From: Nitrosarchaeum sp.
GTDB taxonomy: Archaea > Thermoproteota > Nitrososphaeria > Nitrososphaerales > Nitrosopumilaceae
DNA length: 64,000 bases
Direction of reading: 5' to 3'
NCBI GenBank assembly: GCA_965223865.1
Contig: OZ245020.1
Span: 416,001-480,000 of the forward strand
The position numbers and the translations under genes are program-made. Below are positions 1 to 9,246 of this stretch, piece by piece. How positions within the stretch are numbered: position 1 is the first letter of the stretch; the number at the start of each line of letters is the position of its first letter. The notes under the pieces are model-generated. The model saw only the letters and a program-made list of their open reading frames with translations, searched no databases and had not been told where the DNA came from.

Positions 1-888
1 TACTATCCATCCCAACCAAAAGACACACTTGAAACCTTCAGAAAGGATATCTGTGATGATCTTTATAATCATTTTGGAATTAAAATCGAAGCTGAACATC
101 ACGAGGTAGCAACGTCTGGTCAATGTGAAATTAATTTAGTATATGATGAGATGATTGCAATGGCAGATAGTGTTGTTGCAGTAAAAAACATCGTCAAAGT
201 TAAAGCAAAACGAAAAAATAAAGTTGCAACCTTTATGCCAAAGCCCATCTTTGGCGATAATGCATCAGCAATGCATACTCATCAAAGTTTGTGGAATGAT
301 AAAATCAATGTAATGTTTGATCCTAATGATGAAGTTGCACAAATGAGCCAGATAGGTCGTTATTATGTTGGCGGAATTTTAGAGCATGCATCAGCATTAT
401 GTGCAATTACAAATCCTACAACTAATTCCTACAAACGTCTAGTTCCTGGATTTGAAGCTCCTGTTAATGTTTGTTGGGGAATGGGTAATCGTTCCGCTGC
501 TATTCGTGTGCCAATGTATTATAGAAACCAAGAAAAAAGTAAAAGAATTGAATATCGTGTTCCTGATCCGACTGCAAACATCTATCTTCTAGAAGCAGCA
601 TTATTGTTAGCTGGTTTGGATGGAATTAAAAACAAAATTGATCCAGGGGATCCAGTTGAAGAAAATGTCTACAAATTAAGTGCTGAAAAGAAAAGAGAAT
701 ATCATATTGGTTCTCTTCCTGTTTCGCTAAAGGGAGCCTTAGATGCATTAAAAAGTGATTGTAGTTTTCTAGAAGAAATTTTTACAAAAGATTTTCTTGA
801 AAAGTATACTGAATTAAAATACAAAGAATACACTGCATTTGCACAAACTCCAACAGCATGGGAAGTTTCCATGTATGCTGATGCATAA
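1..888 (+). CDS. glnA: glutamine synthetase type I (5'-truncated by window edge)
   Basis: Frame open from base 1 (EAEHHEVATSGQCEI), then FMPKP, MHTHQSL, NSYKRLVPGFEAP, RIEYRVPDP motifs. Confidence 0.97.
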   Translation, partial: YYPSQPKDTLETFRKDICDDLYNHFGIKIEAEHHEVATSGQCEINLVYDEMIAMADSVVAVKNIVKVKAKRKNKVATFMPKPIFGDNASAMHTHQSLWNDKINVMFDPNDEVAQMSQIGRYYVGGILEHASALCAITNPTTNSYKRLVPGFEAPVNVCWGMGNRSAAIRVPMYYRNQEKSKRIEYRVPDPTANIYLLEAALLLAGLDGIKNKIDPGDPVEENVYKLSAEKKREYHIGSLPVSLKGALDALKSDCSFLEEIFTKDFLEKYTELKYKEYTAFAQTPTAWEVSMYADA

Positions 889-989
889 ATAATTTTTTTA
901 TTGGTACAAACCTCAAACAACTGAAAAATCTATTTTTTTAATGATAAAATAGTATAACCTTTTTAAAATCAAGTTTTGATTTTTCTTTA

Positions 990-1655
990 TTGAAATTAAA
1001 AAACATTCTATTGTTATTATTGCTTATTCCAGGATTGATGGGAACCGTCTATGCACATACAGTTGATTCTGTAGGAAGCGACAAATATCGAATTGAAATT
1101 GGATGGATGAACGAACCTGTTGTAAGTGGAGAAACTAATGGAATAGAATTGTATATCAGTCCATTAATTCCATGTCCAGATATTCCAGAGGCAATGAAAT
1201 GTGCTGAATCACAAAAATTTCAAAATGGGGTACCGGGACTAGAAAAATCTTTGAAAATACAACTTGTATATAAAAATGAAAAAATCATGTTACCTCTAGT
1301 TGCTGATCACGATATCCCTGGAAAATATTATGCATTTGTAGATCCTACAGTTTCCGGTTACTATCAAGCAAATGTATTAGGTAACATATCTGAAGAAAAT
1401 GTAAGTTTGTCTATGCATCCACCAAAAGTTGGAGAACGCTCCTATATTGAATTTCCAGAACCATCAGATATTACATTAAATCAGTTAATTGATGGACATA
1501 CAACTCTACTAGGTGAAATTAATGATCTAAAAGTATCAGTCTCTAAATTAGAAAAAGAAAATCAGCAAATCAATGTTGGCTATACCGGAATGGGACTAGG
1601 GATAATTGGAATTGCAATTGCAATATTTGCTTTAAGTAAAACAAAGAAACACTAG
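990..1655 (+). CDS. secreted protein with C-terminal membrane anchor
   Basis: Signal peptide ending VYA-H, short coiled coil, C-terminal hydrophobic helix and basic tail. Confidence 0.75.
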   Translation: MKLKNILLLLLLIPGLMGTVYAHTVDSVGSDKYRIEIGWMNEPVVSGETNGIELYISPLIPCPDIPEAMKCAESQKFQNGVPGLEKSLKIQLVYKNEKIMLPLVADHDIPGKYYAFVDPTVSGYYQANVLGNISEENVSLSMHPPKVGERSYIEFPEPSDITLNQLIDGHTTLLGEINDLKVSVSKLEKENQQINVGYTGMGLGIIGIAIAIFALSKTKKH

Positions 1656-1656
1656 T

Positions 1657-2940
1657 TCACTTTAATTTTTTCTTGTTGTATATAACATAAAAAACCACAC
1701 CAGCTGCAATAATTCCTAAACCTGACAAAATAATCTCTATCTCAAATTGTGTTGCCATGTAAATTGTTGCTCCTAATCCAAAAAGTGGTAGAATTGGAAA
1801 TTTTCCAACATTAAATGGAACTCTAAAGGGCCTTTCCAAATCTGGCTTTACATATCTTAAAAGAATAACTGCCAAATTTATCATTGCAAATGTTACTACT
1901 ACTGCAAAAACTACAATATTTGCAACAATTACAATATCTCCAACAAAAACAAATCCTGAGGATGTTACAAAAATTAGAATTACTGCAATCCATGGAGTTT
2001 TGGTTTTAGAGTGAACCAACCCAAGTTTTGAAGGAAGTGAACCATCTTTTGCCATCCCATAAAATATTCGAGCTCCTGCCACCAAAGTAATCAAAATTGT
2101 ACTTGCTGTTGCAAAAAGAGCAATTATAGAGAGGACAAAATGACCTTGCTCTCCTAATCTTTGTTGGGCAACAAAGGCTAACGGAGCAGATGAATCTGCT
2201 AGTGGTTCCCATCCTACAACTCTAATTGATGCCAAAGATACTAGAATATAGATTACTGCAGTTATCAGTACTGAGAGCATAATTCCTCTAGGAATAGTTT
2301 TTTGCGGTCTTTTGACCTCTTCTGCAACATTTGCCATATCCTCAAATCCAATAAATGCAAAAAATACCAAAACAAATGCTACTATAATTCCACTAACACC
2401 TAATGGACTTTCAAAATAATCTATTTCGGTTTCTACAGGAAATGAAAATCCAACATATATAATCAAGGCCAATCCTGAAATAGTAACAATTGCAAAAATT
2501 GTATTCAGAGATGCAGATTCTCTTATTCCCAAAAAATTGATCAGAGATAATACTCCTAGAATAATTAATGCAGAAACTAAAATTGGTATGTTAGTTAATT
2601 CTTCCATATATCCTGCAAATCCTAATGCAACAGTTGCTGCAACAATTATTGAAGTAATTATTGTAAGCCATCCAACAATAAATCCGATAAAATTACTTCG
2701 AAATCCTTCTTTTACAAAAACATATTCTGCAGCTGCCTTTGGAAAAAGTGCTGCTAATTCAGAATAGCTGAGTCCTGCAAAAGATGCGACTACTGCACCG
2801 AGAATAAATGATAACCAAAGCGCATTACCTGCAAATCCTGCCGCTTCACCAATCAAAACATAGATTCCTGCACCAAGTATTAGACCAACTCCATACATTG
2901 TTAAATTGAATAATCCGATGTGACGACTAAGCTTAGTCAT
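1657..2940 (-). CDS. APC-family amino acid permease
   Basis: About 12 TM helices, ILGAGIY and FAFIGFE motifs, RPFRVP near C-terminus. Confidence 0.92.
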   Translation of the reverse strand: MTKLSRHIGLFNLTMYGVGLILGAGIYVLIGEAAGFAGNALWLSFILGAVVASFAGLSYSELAALFPKAAAEYVFVKEGFRSNFIGFIVGWLTIITSIIVAATVALGFAGYMEELTNIPILVSALIILGVLSLINFLGIRESASLNTIFAIVTISGLALIIYVGFSFPVETEIDYFESPLGVSGIIVAFVLVFFAFIGFEDMANVAEEVKRPQKTIPRGIMLSVLITAVIYILVSLASIRVVGWEPLADSSAPLAFVAQQRLGEQGHFVLSIIALFATASTILITLVAGARIFYGMAKDGSLPSKLGLVHSKTKTPWIAVILIFVTSSGFVFVGDIVIVANIVVFAVVVTFAMINLAVILLRYVKPDLERPFRVPFNVGKFPILPLFGLGATIYMATQFEIEIILSGLGIIAAGVVFYVIYNKKKLK

Positions 2941-2942
2941 AA

Positions 2943-3362
2943 TTATTCACCAATTATTTGTAATATAATATCTCGATCTCTACTCTTTGTATCTAATTCA
3001 ACAAAAACGATCTGTTGCCATGTACCAAGATATAGTATACTATCATTAAATGGAACTGTAAGTGAAGAGCCTACCAATGACGCCTTAACATGAGAATGGC
3101 CATTTCCATCATGCCATAACTCCTCATGACCATATTTGATATCTTTTGGTGCTAATCTAGCGAGCATATCTGGAAAATCTTTTGTTAATCCAGGTTCGTA
3201 TTCTATTGTAATAATTGCGCCTGTAGACCCCTTTACAAAAACTGTGACAATACCATCTGAAATATCTGACTCTGAGATAACCTCAGAAATTTTTTTGGTA
3301 AGATCTATCATATCATTTTCTCTCTTTGACTTAATATTGATAATTCTAGTCTTAACTGTCAT
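2943..3362 (-). CDS. YjbQ/UPF0047 family protein
   Basis: NGHSHVKASL and LGTWQQI motifs. Confidence 0.92.
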   Translation of the reverse strand: MTVKTRIINIKSKRENDMIDLTKKISEVISESDISDGIVTVFVKGSTGAIITIEYEPGLTKDFPDMLARLAPKDIKYGHEELWHDGNGHSHVKASLVGSSLTVPFNDSILYLGTWQQIVFVELDTKSRDRDIILQIIGE

Positions 3363-3459
3363 AGCTTAGATATGAATAATTTTGATTTAACATAAATCTA
3401 GATTATCAATATTTAAAACAAAATTTGGTACCAAAATTGATAATATTCATTTTGTATAA

Positions 3460-3711
3460 ATGGCCAATAGCCATATTCAAATTATGGTTTTTCAACTTGC
3501 AGTTGTCATTATTATTCCGATCATTTTTGGTATAGCCACAGTATCACCATTTGATCCTCCTCCTGAAATAGTAGAAAAACCAACAGAAATCGATGAAGAA
3601 CCACAATTCGGAATGCTTTACTTTCTCTTGATGATAATCTGGTTCTTTTTCCTGTTCAGAATTTTATTTCAGGTCAAAAAAGGTACTTTCAATCTACAAC
3701 GAAAATACTGA
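3460..3711 (+). CDS. small 2-TM membrane protein
   Basis: 83 aa, two hydrophobic helices with an acidic/Pro linker. Confidence 0.65.
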   Translation: MANSHIQIMVFQLAVVIIIPIIFGIATVSPFDPPPEIVEKPTEIDEEPQFGMLYFLLMIIWFFFLFRILFQVKKGTFNLQRKY

Positions 3712-3713
3712 AT

Positions 3714-4565
3714 CTAGTACATTTCTTTGTATTTTGCCCTCAATTCTTCATGAGGACCAACAACGGAAAAGGCATTAACAACATCTGTTTTGCTCACTAT
3801 CCCAATCAGATTTTTCTTAGAATCTATTACGGGAATTCCACTTATCTTATTTTTTATCATCAAGCTTGCCGCATTTGCCAAATCATCTTCTTCACTTATT
3901 GTAATTAATTTATCACTTAGCAAATCATTGACTGTAATCTTTTCTTTATCAATTGGAAGTAAATAATCTCTGGAGCGTGTCTTACCCTTTGTAAAATAAT
4001 CACTATGAGTAAGAAGTGTATTTGTGGTGATAAGGCCTACGGGACAACCATTTTCGTCAGTAACTACAAGTCTTGAAACCTCATTTTTATTCATCAAACT
4101 TAATGCAAATTTTATAGAATCTGCTTTTCTACACGTAACTACTTTCTTACTCATAAAATCCTTTACAAGATATTTTCCACCAAAAACACTAGCATAAGCT
4201 TTGACTAAATCCGTTCGTGAAACAATTCCTATTGTTTCCCCATTATCGTCAACAAGAATTACTGAACCAATTTTAAAAGTCTCCATTCTTGCCGAACATT
4301 GATCAAAATGGTCTTCAAGACCGTCGGGAATGGTAATAATATTTTTCTGCATAACATGTTTTATGGGAATTTCATCAACTGCTCTTGCAGTTTTATCTTC
4401 TCCAAGAAAACGGTTTATGTCTCTTTCAGTAACAATCCCTACTGGTTTATTCTTGACTGCAACTACAATACGTTTTACAAAATTTTTTTGCATTTGTGAT
4501 AATGTTTCAAAAATCGATGATTCTGGTTGAACGGTAATAACTGGCGATGAATAACTTTTTTCCAT
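3714..4565 (-). CDS. CBS-domain protein (4 CBS)
   Basis: Repeats GIVTERDI, GIVSRTDL, GLITTNTL, GIVSKTDV. Confidence 0.92.
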   Translation of the reverse strand: MEKSYSSPVITVQPESSIFETLSQMQKNFVKRIVVAVKNKPVGIVTERDINRFLGEDKTARAVDEIPIKHVMQKNIITIPDGLEDHFDQCSARMETFKIGSVILVDDNGETIGIVSRTDLVKAYASVFGGKYLVKDFMSKKVVTCRKADSIKFALSLMNKNEVSRLVVTDENGCPVGLITTNTLLTHSDYFTKGKTRSRDYLLPIDKEKITVNDLLSDKLITISEEDDLANAASLMIKNKISGIPVIDSKKNLIGIVSKTDVVNAFSVVGPHEELRAKYKEMY

Positions 4566-4647
4566 ATTTTTTCACACTACTTTTTTGATTTAAAATGAAA
4601 CTTTGATTCTCAAATATGATTATTATAAAATGAAAGAAGGCTAATAC

Positions 4648-4980
4648 TTAGGAAGTATTAGGCACAATTTCAATTTCAATATTGCTTCCATTGAATGTTG
4701 TAGCGATGGCCTTTATCTTACTCTTATAGAGAAAGTACTTTTTACCATCATCACTGATGGAACCAGAGATTCCTAAAAGTTTGTTATCATGTAGAGTCTG
4801 GAGTCTTCTATAAACAGTGCTAATTGGAATTTTAGTTTCAGCACTTATCTCCATAGCAGATTTTGGTTTCTCCATGGTATTTTCTATAATAGCCCGACAA
4901 TACTTATCAGACATCACTTCGAGTATTGCATCTTTTCTCGAGTCATCTTCTACTTTTCTTCCTGAAATTAATGCTTGCAT
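4648..4980 (-). CDS. ArsR-like winged-HTH transcription regulator
   Basis: KSAMEISAETKIPISTVYRRLQTL HTH plus wing. Confidence 0.85.
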   Translation of the reverse strand: MQALISGRKVEDDSRKDAILEVMSDKYCRAIIENTMEKPKSAMEISAETKIPISTVYRRLQTLHDNKLLGISGSISDDGKKYFLYKSKIKAIATTFNGSNIEIEIVPNTS

Positions 4981-5109
4981 GTTTTTTTTACGTCATTTTT
5001 TGATATAATCACTAAGAACACATTGCAATGCACTGCACTAGACTTAGGCGTGAAAAGTAACAGAAAATCTTCTAAGAGATTTAAATTGGACAATATTGTA
5101 GTTTTTAGC

Positions 5110-5544
5110 ATGATGTTCTCAAATATCTTAGTTCCATTTGATCTATCAAGTCATTCTATACGAGCATTCAAGACAGCCCTAGATATTGCAAAGAAGTACA
5201 ACTCTAAAATTACTATTCTGACTTGTCTTGAAGGAGACGCATGGCATCACAAGTTTTATGATTCTAGGGCCGATAATGAGTTGATAAAAAAGCAAAAAAA
5301 GGTTTCAGTGTCTCATATTGCCAAACTAGAAAATCTAGCAAACAAAGCAGATGTGTCCATAAAGTCACAAATTTTGAAATCAACTTCAGTTGTCAAAGAT
5401 ATTGTAACTTTTGCAAAATCACGAAAAATGGATCTTATAGTTATGGGTTCACATGGAAGAACTGGTGTAGATAAACTAATTCTTGGTAGTGTTGCAAATG
5501 GTGTTACCCAAAAAGCTAGTTGCCCTGTTCTTATAATAAAATAG
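5110..5544 (+). CDS. universal stress protein (UspA family)
   Basis: NILVPFD and DLIVMGSHGRTG...LGSVA...CPVLIIK; start moved to ATG 5110. Confidence 0.93.
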   Translation: MMFSNILVPFDLSSHSIRAFKTALDIAKKYNSKITILTCLEGDAWHHKFYDSRADNELIKKQKKVSVSHIAKLENLANKADVSIKSQILKSTSVVKDIVTFAKSRKMDLIVMGSHGRTGVDKLILGSVANGVTQKASCPVLIIK

Positions 5545-5560
5545 ATGAGATGAGATTCAA

Positions 5561-6463
5561 CTGATCTCAATTATTGGAGCTGGTAGAGTTGGGACATCAA
5601 TTGCCTTTCTTTGTGCATCAAATTCTTTAGATGATATTTTACTTGTAAATAGAACAAAAAGTAAAGCTATTGGAGAAGCATTAGATATTTCAAATGCCAT
5701 TCCTGCAAATTCTACTATTTCAGTACTAGGGACAGATGACTATTCGAAAATTGCAAGATCTAAAATTATTGTGATTACTGCAAGTACTGGGATTTACTTG
5801 AAAAATAGAACTGAGATGATAGACGCCCAAGTTATAATGATTAAGGAAATTGCAAATAAAATCAAAAACTATTGTAATAATGCAATAGTTTTGATAATTT
5901 CAAATCCTTTAGATGTTCTAACATATTTCTTTCAAAAAGAAACTCAATTTTCAAGAAAAAAAGTTATTGGAATAGCCTCAAGCTTAGATTCTAGCAGGTT
6001 TAGGTATATTCTTTCAGAAAAATTGAAAGTAAACCAATCACAAATTTCTAATGCAATAGTTTTGGGAGAACATGGTAATACTTTAGTCCCTTTATTTTCT
6101 CATGTAAAAATTAATGGAAAAAATTCATTAGAACTACTTGATTCAAATCAACAAGAAAAAATTTCAAAACAAGTCAAAGATTACTGGAAAACATTGAGAA
6201 ATTTCAAGAGTCGCTCACAATTTGGCATTGCTAAAAATACTTTTGATGTAATTGAGGCTATTCTCAAAAACAACGAATTGGCAATACCTGCATCTGTTGT
6301 GATAGATGGAGAATTTGGTGAACATGATGTTTGTATGGGAGTCCCTGTTGTTATTAATGAGAATGGAGTTTCACAAATTCAAGAGATGGCATTGAGTAAA
6401 TCTGAGAGTGATTCCTTAAAAATCTCCGCTCAAACTATACGAAATTACATTAAATCGGTCTAA
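5561..6463 (+). CDS. LDH/MDH-superfamily 2-hydroxyacid dehydrogenase (probable CTG start)
   Basis: Frame extends upstream of the track ORF to ISIIGAGRVG (GxGxxG); also SNPLD, LDSSR, LGEHG. In-frame stop at 5546, so the start is probably CTG 5561. Confidence 0.88.
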   Translation: MISIIGAGRVGTSIAFLCASNSLDDILLVNRTKSKAIGEALDISNAIPANSTISVLGTDDYSKIARSKIIVITASTGIYLKNRTEMIDAQVIMIKEIANKIKNYCNNAIVLIISNPLDVLTYFFQKETQFSRKKVIGIASSLDSSRFRYILSEKLKVNQSQISNAIVLGEHGNTLVPLFSHVKINGKNSLELLDSNQQEKISKQVKDYWKTLRNFKSRSQFGIAKNTFDVIEAILKNNELAIPASVVIDGEFGEHDVCMGVPVVINENGVSQIQEMALSKSESDSLKISAQTIRNYIKSV

Positions 6464-6471
6464 ACAATTAA

Positions 6472-7155
6472 TCACATTACAAGAAAATGCAGTCCATATC
6501 CTACAAAATATGCAACGGTAGCTGCAATTCCTCCAATAATGAGAGTATACAAACCTGATCTAATTTTTGATTTTTTAACAATTTTTCCTTTAATCATTCC
6601 AACCAAAAAGAATGCCACAAGAACTGCAATTGTAGAGTAGAAAAAGGCTTCTGAATTTGGTTCAACTCCTATCATCATAAAAGCCATAAACGGAATCAAT
6701 GGAATCAATCCTATCAAATTAAAACCAACAAAAGTACTTACAGAACTATCCATCGGATTCTTTTCATCTTCAATTAATCCTAGTTCTTCTTTCATCATAG
6801 TGTCTACCCAAACTTTTCTTCTTGAGGTAATTATTCGTACAACTTCTTCTAACAATTCATCTTTGAATCCTTTTTTTCGATATATGTCTCGGATTTCATT
6901 TCTTTCTTGCTCTTCTAAATTATCAATCTCCCATTCCTCTTGCTTTCTTTTCATTTCAACAAATTCATTTCTAGCCTTTGAAGCTTGATAATTTGCTGCA
7001 GCCATAGAAAACCCGTCTGCAAATAAATTTGCAAATCCTAGAATTAAAATAATTCCAGAGGGTAATGATGCACCTACAACTCCAGCAACTATAGCAAAAG
7101 TCGTTACTGCTCCATCAATGGAACCATAAATAAAATCATCAAAATGCCACTTCAT
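6472..7155 (-). CDS. VIT1/CCC1 family Fe/Mn transporter
   Basis: IYGSIDGAVT, ANLFADGFSMA, MMKEELG motifs. Confidence 0.93.
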   Translation of the reverse strand: MKWHFDDFIYGSIDGAVTTFAIVAGVVGASLPSGIILILGFANLFADGFSMAAANYQASKARNEFVEMKRKQEEWEIDNLEEQERNEIRDIYRKKGFKDELLEEVVRIITSRRKVWVDTMMKEELGLIEDEKNPMDSSVSTFVGFNLIGLIPLIPFMAFMMIGVEPNSEAFFYSTIAVLVAFFLVGMIKGKIVKKSKIRSGLYTLIIGGIAATVAYFVGYGLHFLVM

Positions 7156-7201
7156 GATTGCAATTATGCCTTATTCATTGTTTTAATGTATTTTCAGGAG
7201 A

Positions 7202-8032
7202 TTATTTTATAATGGCTTTGATAATGTCTGTTTTACTAATAATGCCTGCAATTGATTCATTTCCGTCGAGTACAACCAAACCACTTACATTATTTTCTAA
7301 AATCAGTTTACTCGCATCAATTAAACTCTGATTGAATTTAATTGTGATTAATCCTTTAGTCATAACATCTCTTGCTAAAGAAATATTTCCAAATCCTTCC
7401 TCTGAAAGAAATCCTTTTCTGATTTGATCTGAGATAGTAAATCCTGAATCGTCTTCTTCACTACCCAATTCAATAGAAATTCTAAACAAATCTCTAAACG
7501 AAATCACTCCAACAGGATTTTCATTCTGATTCTTTACAATTATTCTTGATACTTTGCTTTCAAGCATTTTTCTTATTACTTTGAATAAAGGTGCTGCAGT
7601 ATGTGTATTGACATAGTCATGTGTCATATAGTCTACTATCTTGTTTTCATTTGAGAAATTATCAAAATAATATTTCACAAGATCAGTTTTAGTAAAAATT
7701 CCCTTTATTTCTGCTGAAGATCCAATTGCAAGTGAACTTATTCCATTTTCAATCATGGTTTTTGCAGAATTTTCAGGAGATAGCGATTCTTCTACATAGA
7801 AAATAGGCTTCATAATATTTGTAATAGGAATATTGTCTAATCCTTGCTTGGTTGTTTCAGAAAATAGGAACAAACCAACATCTTTTTCAGTTATTATGCC
7901 TATAGGTTTTTGATCTTCAACAACAATTAATCTACTAAGGTTATTTTCCAATAGTTTTTTGATTATCTCTGAAATGGTAGATCTTTTTAGAATTGTAATG
8001 GGTTTTTTAGAAAATTCTGAAACTGACATCAT
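7202..8032 (-). CDS. CBS-domain protein (4 CBS)
   Basis: GIITEKDV, GIFTKTDL, GVISFRDL, GIISKTDI. Confidence 0.92.
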   Translation of the reverse strand: MMSVSEFSKKPITILKRSTISEIIKKLLENNLSRLIVVEDQKPIGIITEKDVGLFLFSETTKQGLDNIPITNIMKPIFYVEESLSPENSAKTMIENGISSLAIGSSAEIKGIFTKTDLVKYYFDNFSNENKIVDYMTHDYVNTHTAAPLFKVIRKMLESKVSRIIVKNQNENPVGVISFRDLFRISIELGSEEDDSGFTISDQIRKGFLSEEGFGNISLARDVMTKGLITIKFNQSLIDASKLILENNVSGLVVLDGNESIAGIISKTDIIKAIIK

Positions 8033-8170
8033 TTAATCGGAATAAATTTTCTATAAAAACAATCAATATAATTTTCATTATTGAATGTAAATTTCTATGT
8101 AAAATAGATAACAAATTCCCAAATTGAAAATTGTAATCTTTTTTATATTTGAAGAATTTTATCTGAATTT

Positions 8171-8593
8171 ATGGCAAAGTTCAAAAAAATCCTTGTCCCA
8201 CTTGATGGTTCTGCTAATGCTAATCGTGGTTTAGATAGAGCTATAGAAATTGCAAAAGAGAGTGGCGCAGAAATTACTGGATTTTACGTATTTCATTTGC
8301 CACGTGTTGCAGGACTAAAATATACAAAAAAAATGCATGATGAAGCACAAGAGAAGGCTGTCAAAGCAATTGGACCGGCTATGAGACGTGTTCAAAAAGC
8401 AGGTGAAGTGTTCAAATACAAAACTGGTGGCGGTCATACGGGATCAGAAATTGTCAAACACGCTGAACAAGGCAAATATGACATGATTGTAATTGGTGCA
8501 AGAGGAATGGGAGCTACTAAAGAAGCATTCTTGGGAAGTACCTCTAATTATGTAATGCACAAAACAAAAATTCCTGTTTTAGTGGTAAAATAG
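8171..8593 (+). CDS. universal stress protein
   Basis: ILVPLDGS, DMIVIGARG, FLGSTS, PVLVVK. Confidence 0.94.
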   Translation: MAKFKKILVPLDGSANANRGLDRAIEIAKESGAEITGFYVFHLPRVAGLKYTKKMHDEAQEKAVKAIGPAMRRVQKAGEVFKYKTGGGHTGSEIVKHAEQGKYDMIVIGARGMGATKEAFLGSTSNYVMHKTKIPVLVVK

Positions 8594-8689
8594 AAAAATT
8601 GGGATTTTCCCATTTCATTTTTCTTGATTATTTACTATTTAGAAAATCATCTGTTCAGTAAAAATACTATGAACTACTAACATAGAATA

Positions 8690-9160
8690 TTGAAGGATAG
8701 ATATTTTGTAATTATAGGATTAGTCATAGGGATGATAGGATTTGCTTCATTTATTGGCGTGATAGGTCAAGGAAATGTAAGACACGTTGAAATTTTTTGG
8801 CCTGAAAAAATTGAACAAACCGTTGCATTCAAAGACATAGATGATCAAATAAAATTAGTTGGAATTTCGGGTACTGCTGAAGATAATAACCCTACATTAA
8901 TTGTGAGAACAAGTTTTGCATATGTCCTTACCGTAGAAAATCATGGCAATCAACATCATAGATTGTACATTGAAGGATTTGATGTCCAAACAGATCTACT
9001 AGAACCTGGCCAAAGTGATACAATAACAATTTATCCAGATAAGGAAGGAATTTTTAATTATTATGACAAGAGAGAACGATTGTTACTACTAGGACAAATT
9101 AAATCAATTGAGGTAGTTCCATCTGATGGATTTACAGGTTTTCTAAAAGATATGATATAA
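8690..9160 (+). CDS. membrane-anchored cupredoxin-fold protein lacking the Cu-ligand Cys
   Basis: N-terminal TM; LTVENHG..HHRL..LLEPGQS..PDKEGIFNYYD pattern, no Cys. Confidence 0.6.
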   Translation: MKDRYFVIIGLVIGMIGFASFIGVIGQGNVRHVEIFWPEKIEQTVAFKDIDDQIKLVGISGTAEDNNPTLIVRTSFAYVLTVENHGNQHHRLYIEGFDVQTDLLEPGQSDTITIYPDKEGIFNYYDKRERLLLLGQIKSIEVVPSDGFTGFLKDMI

Positions 9161-9246
9161 TAAAATAATATACTTGATTTTTTATAAAGTGAAAAACTAG
9201 AAGTATGGGAAATATGAAGAGTTTACCAAAAACATGAGAGATAGCT

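Noticed and set aside
4975-5109. N-terminal extension of the USP ORF in the track
   Set aside because: Overlaps the divergent regulator's start and promoter; the USP domain begins at ATG 5110.
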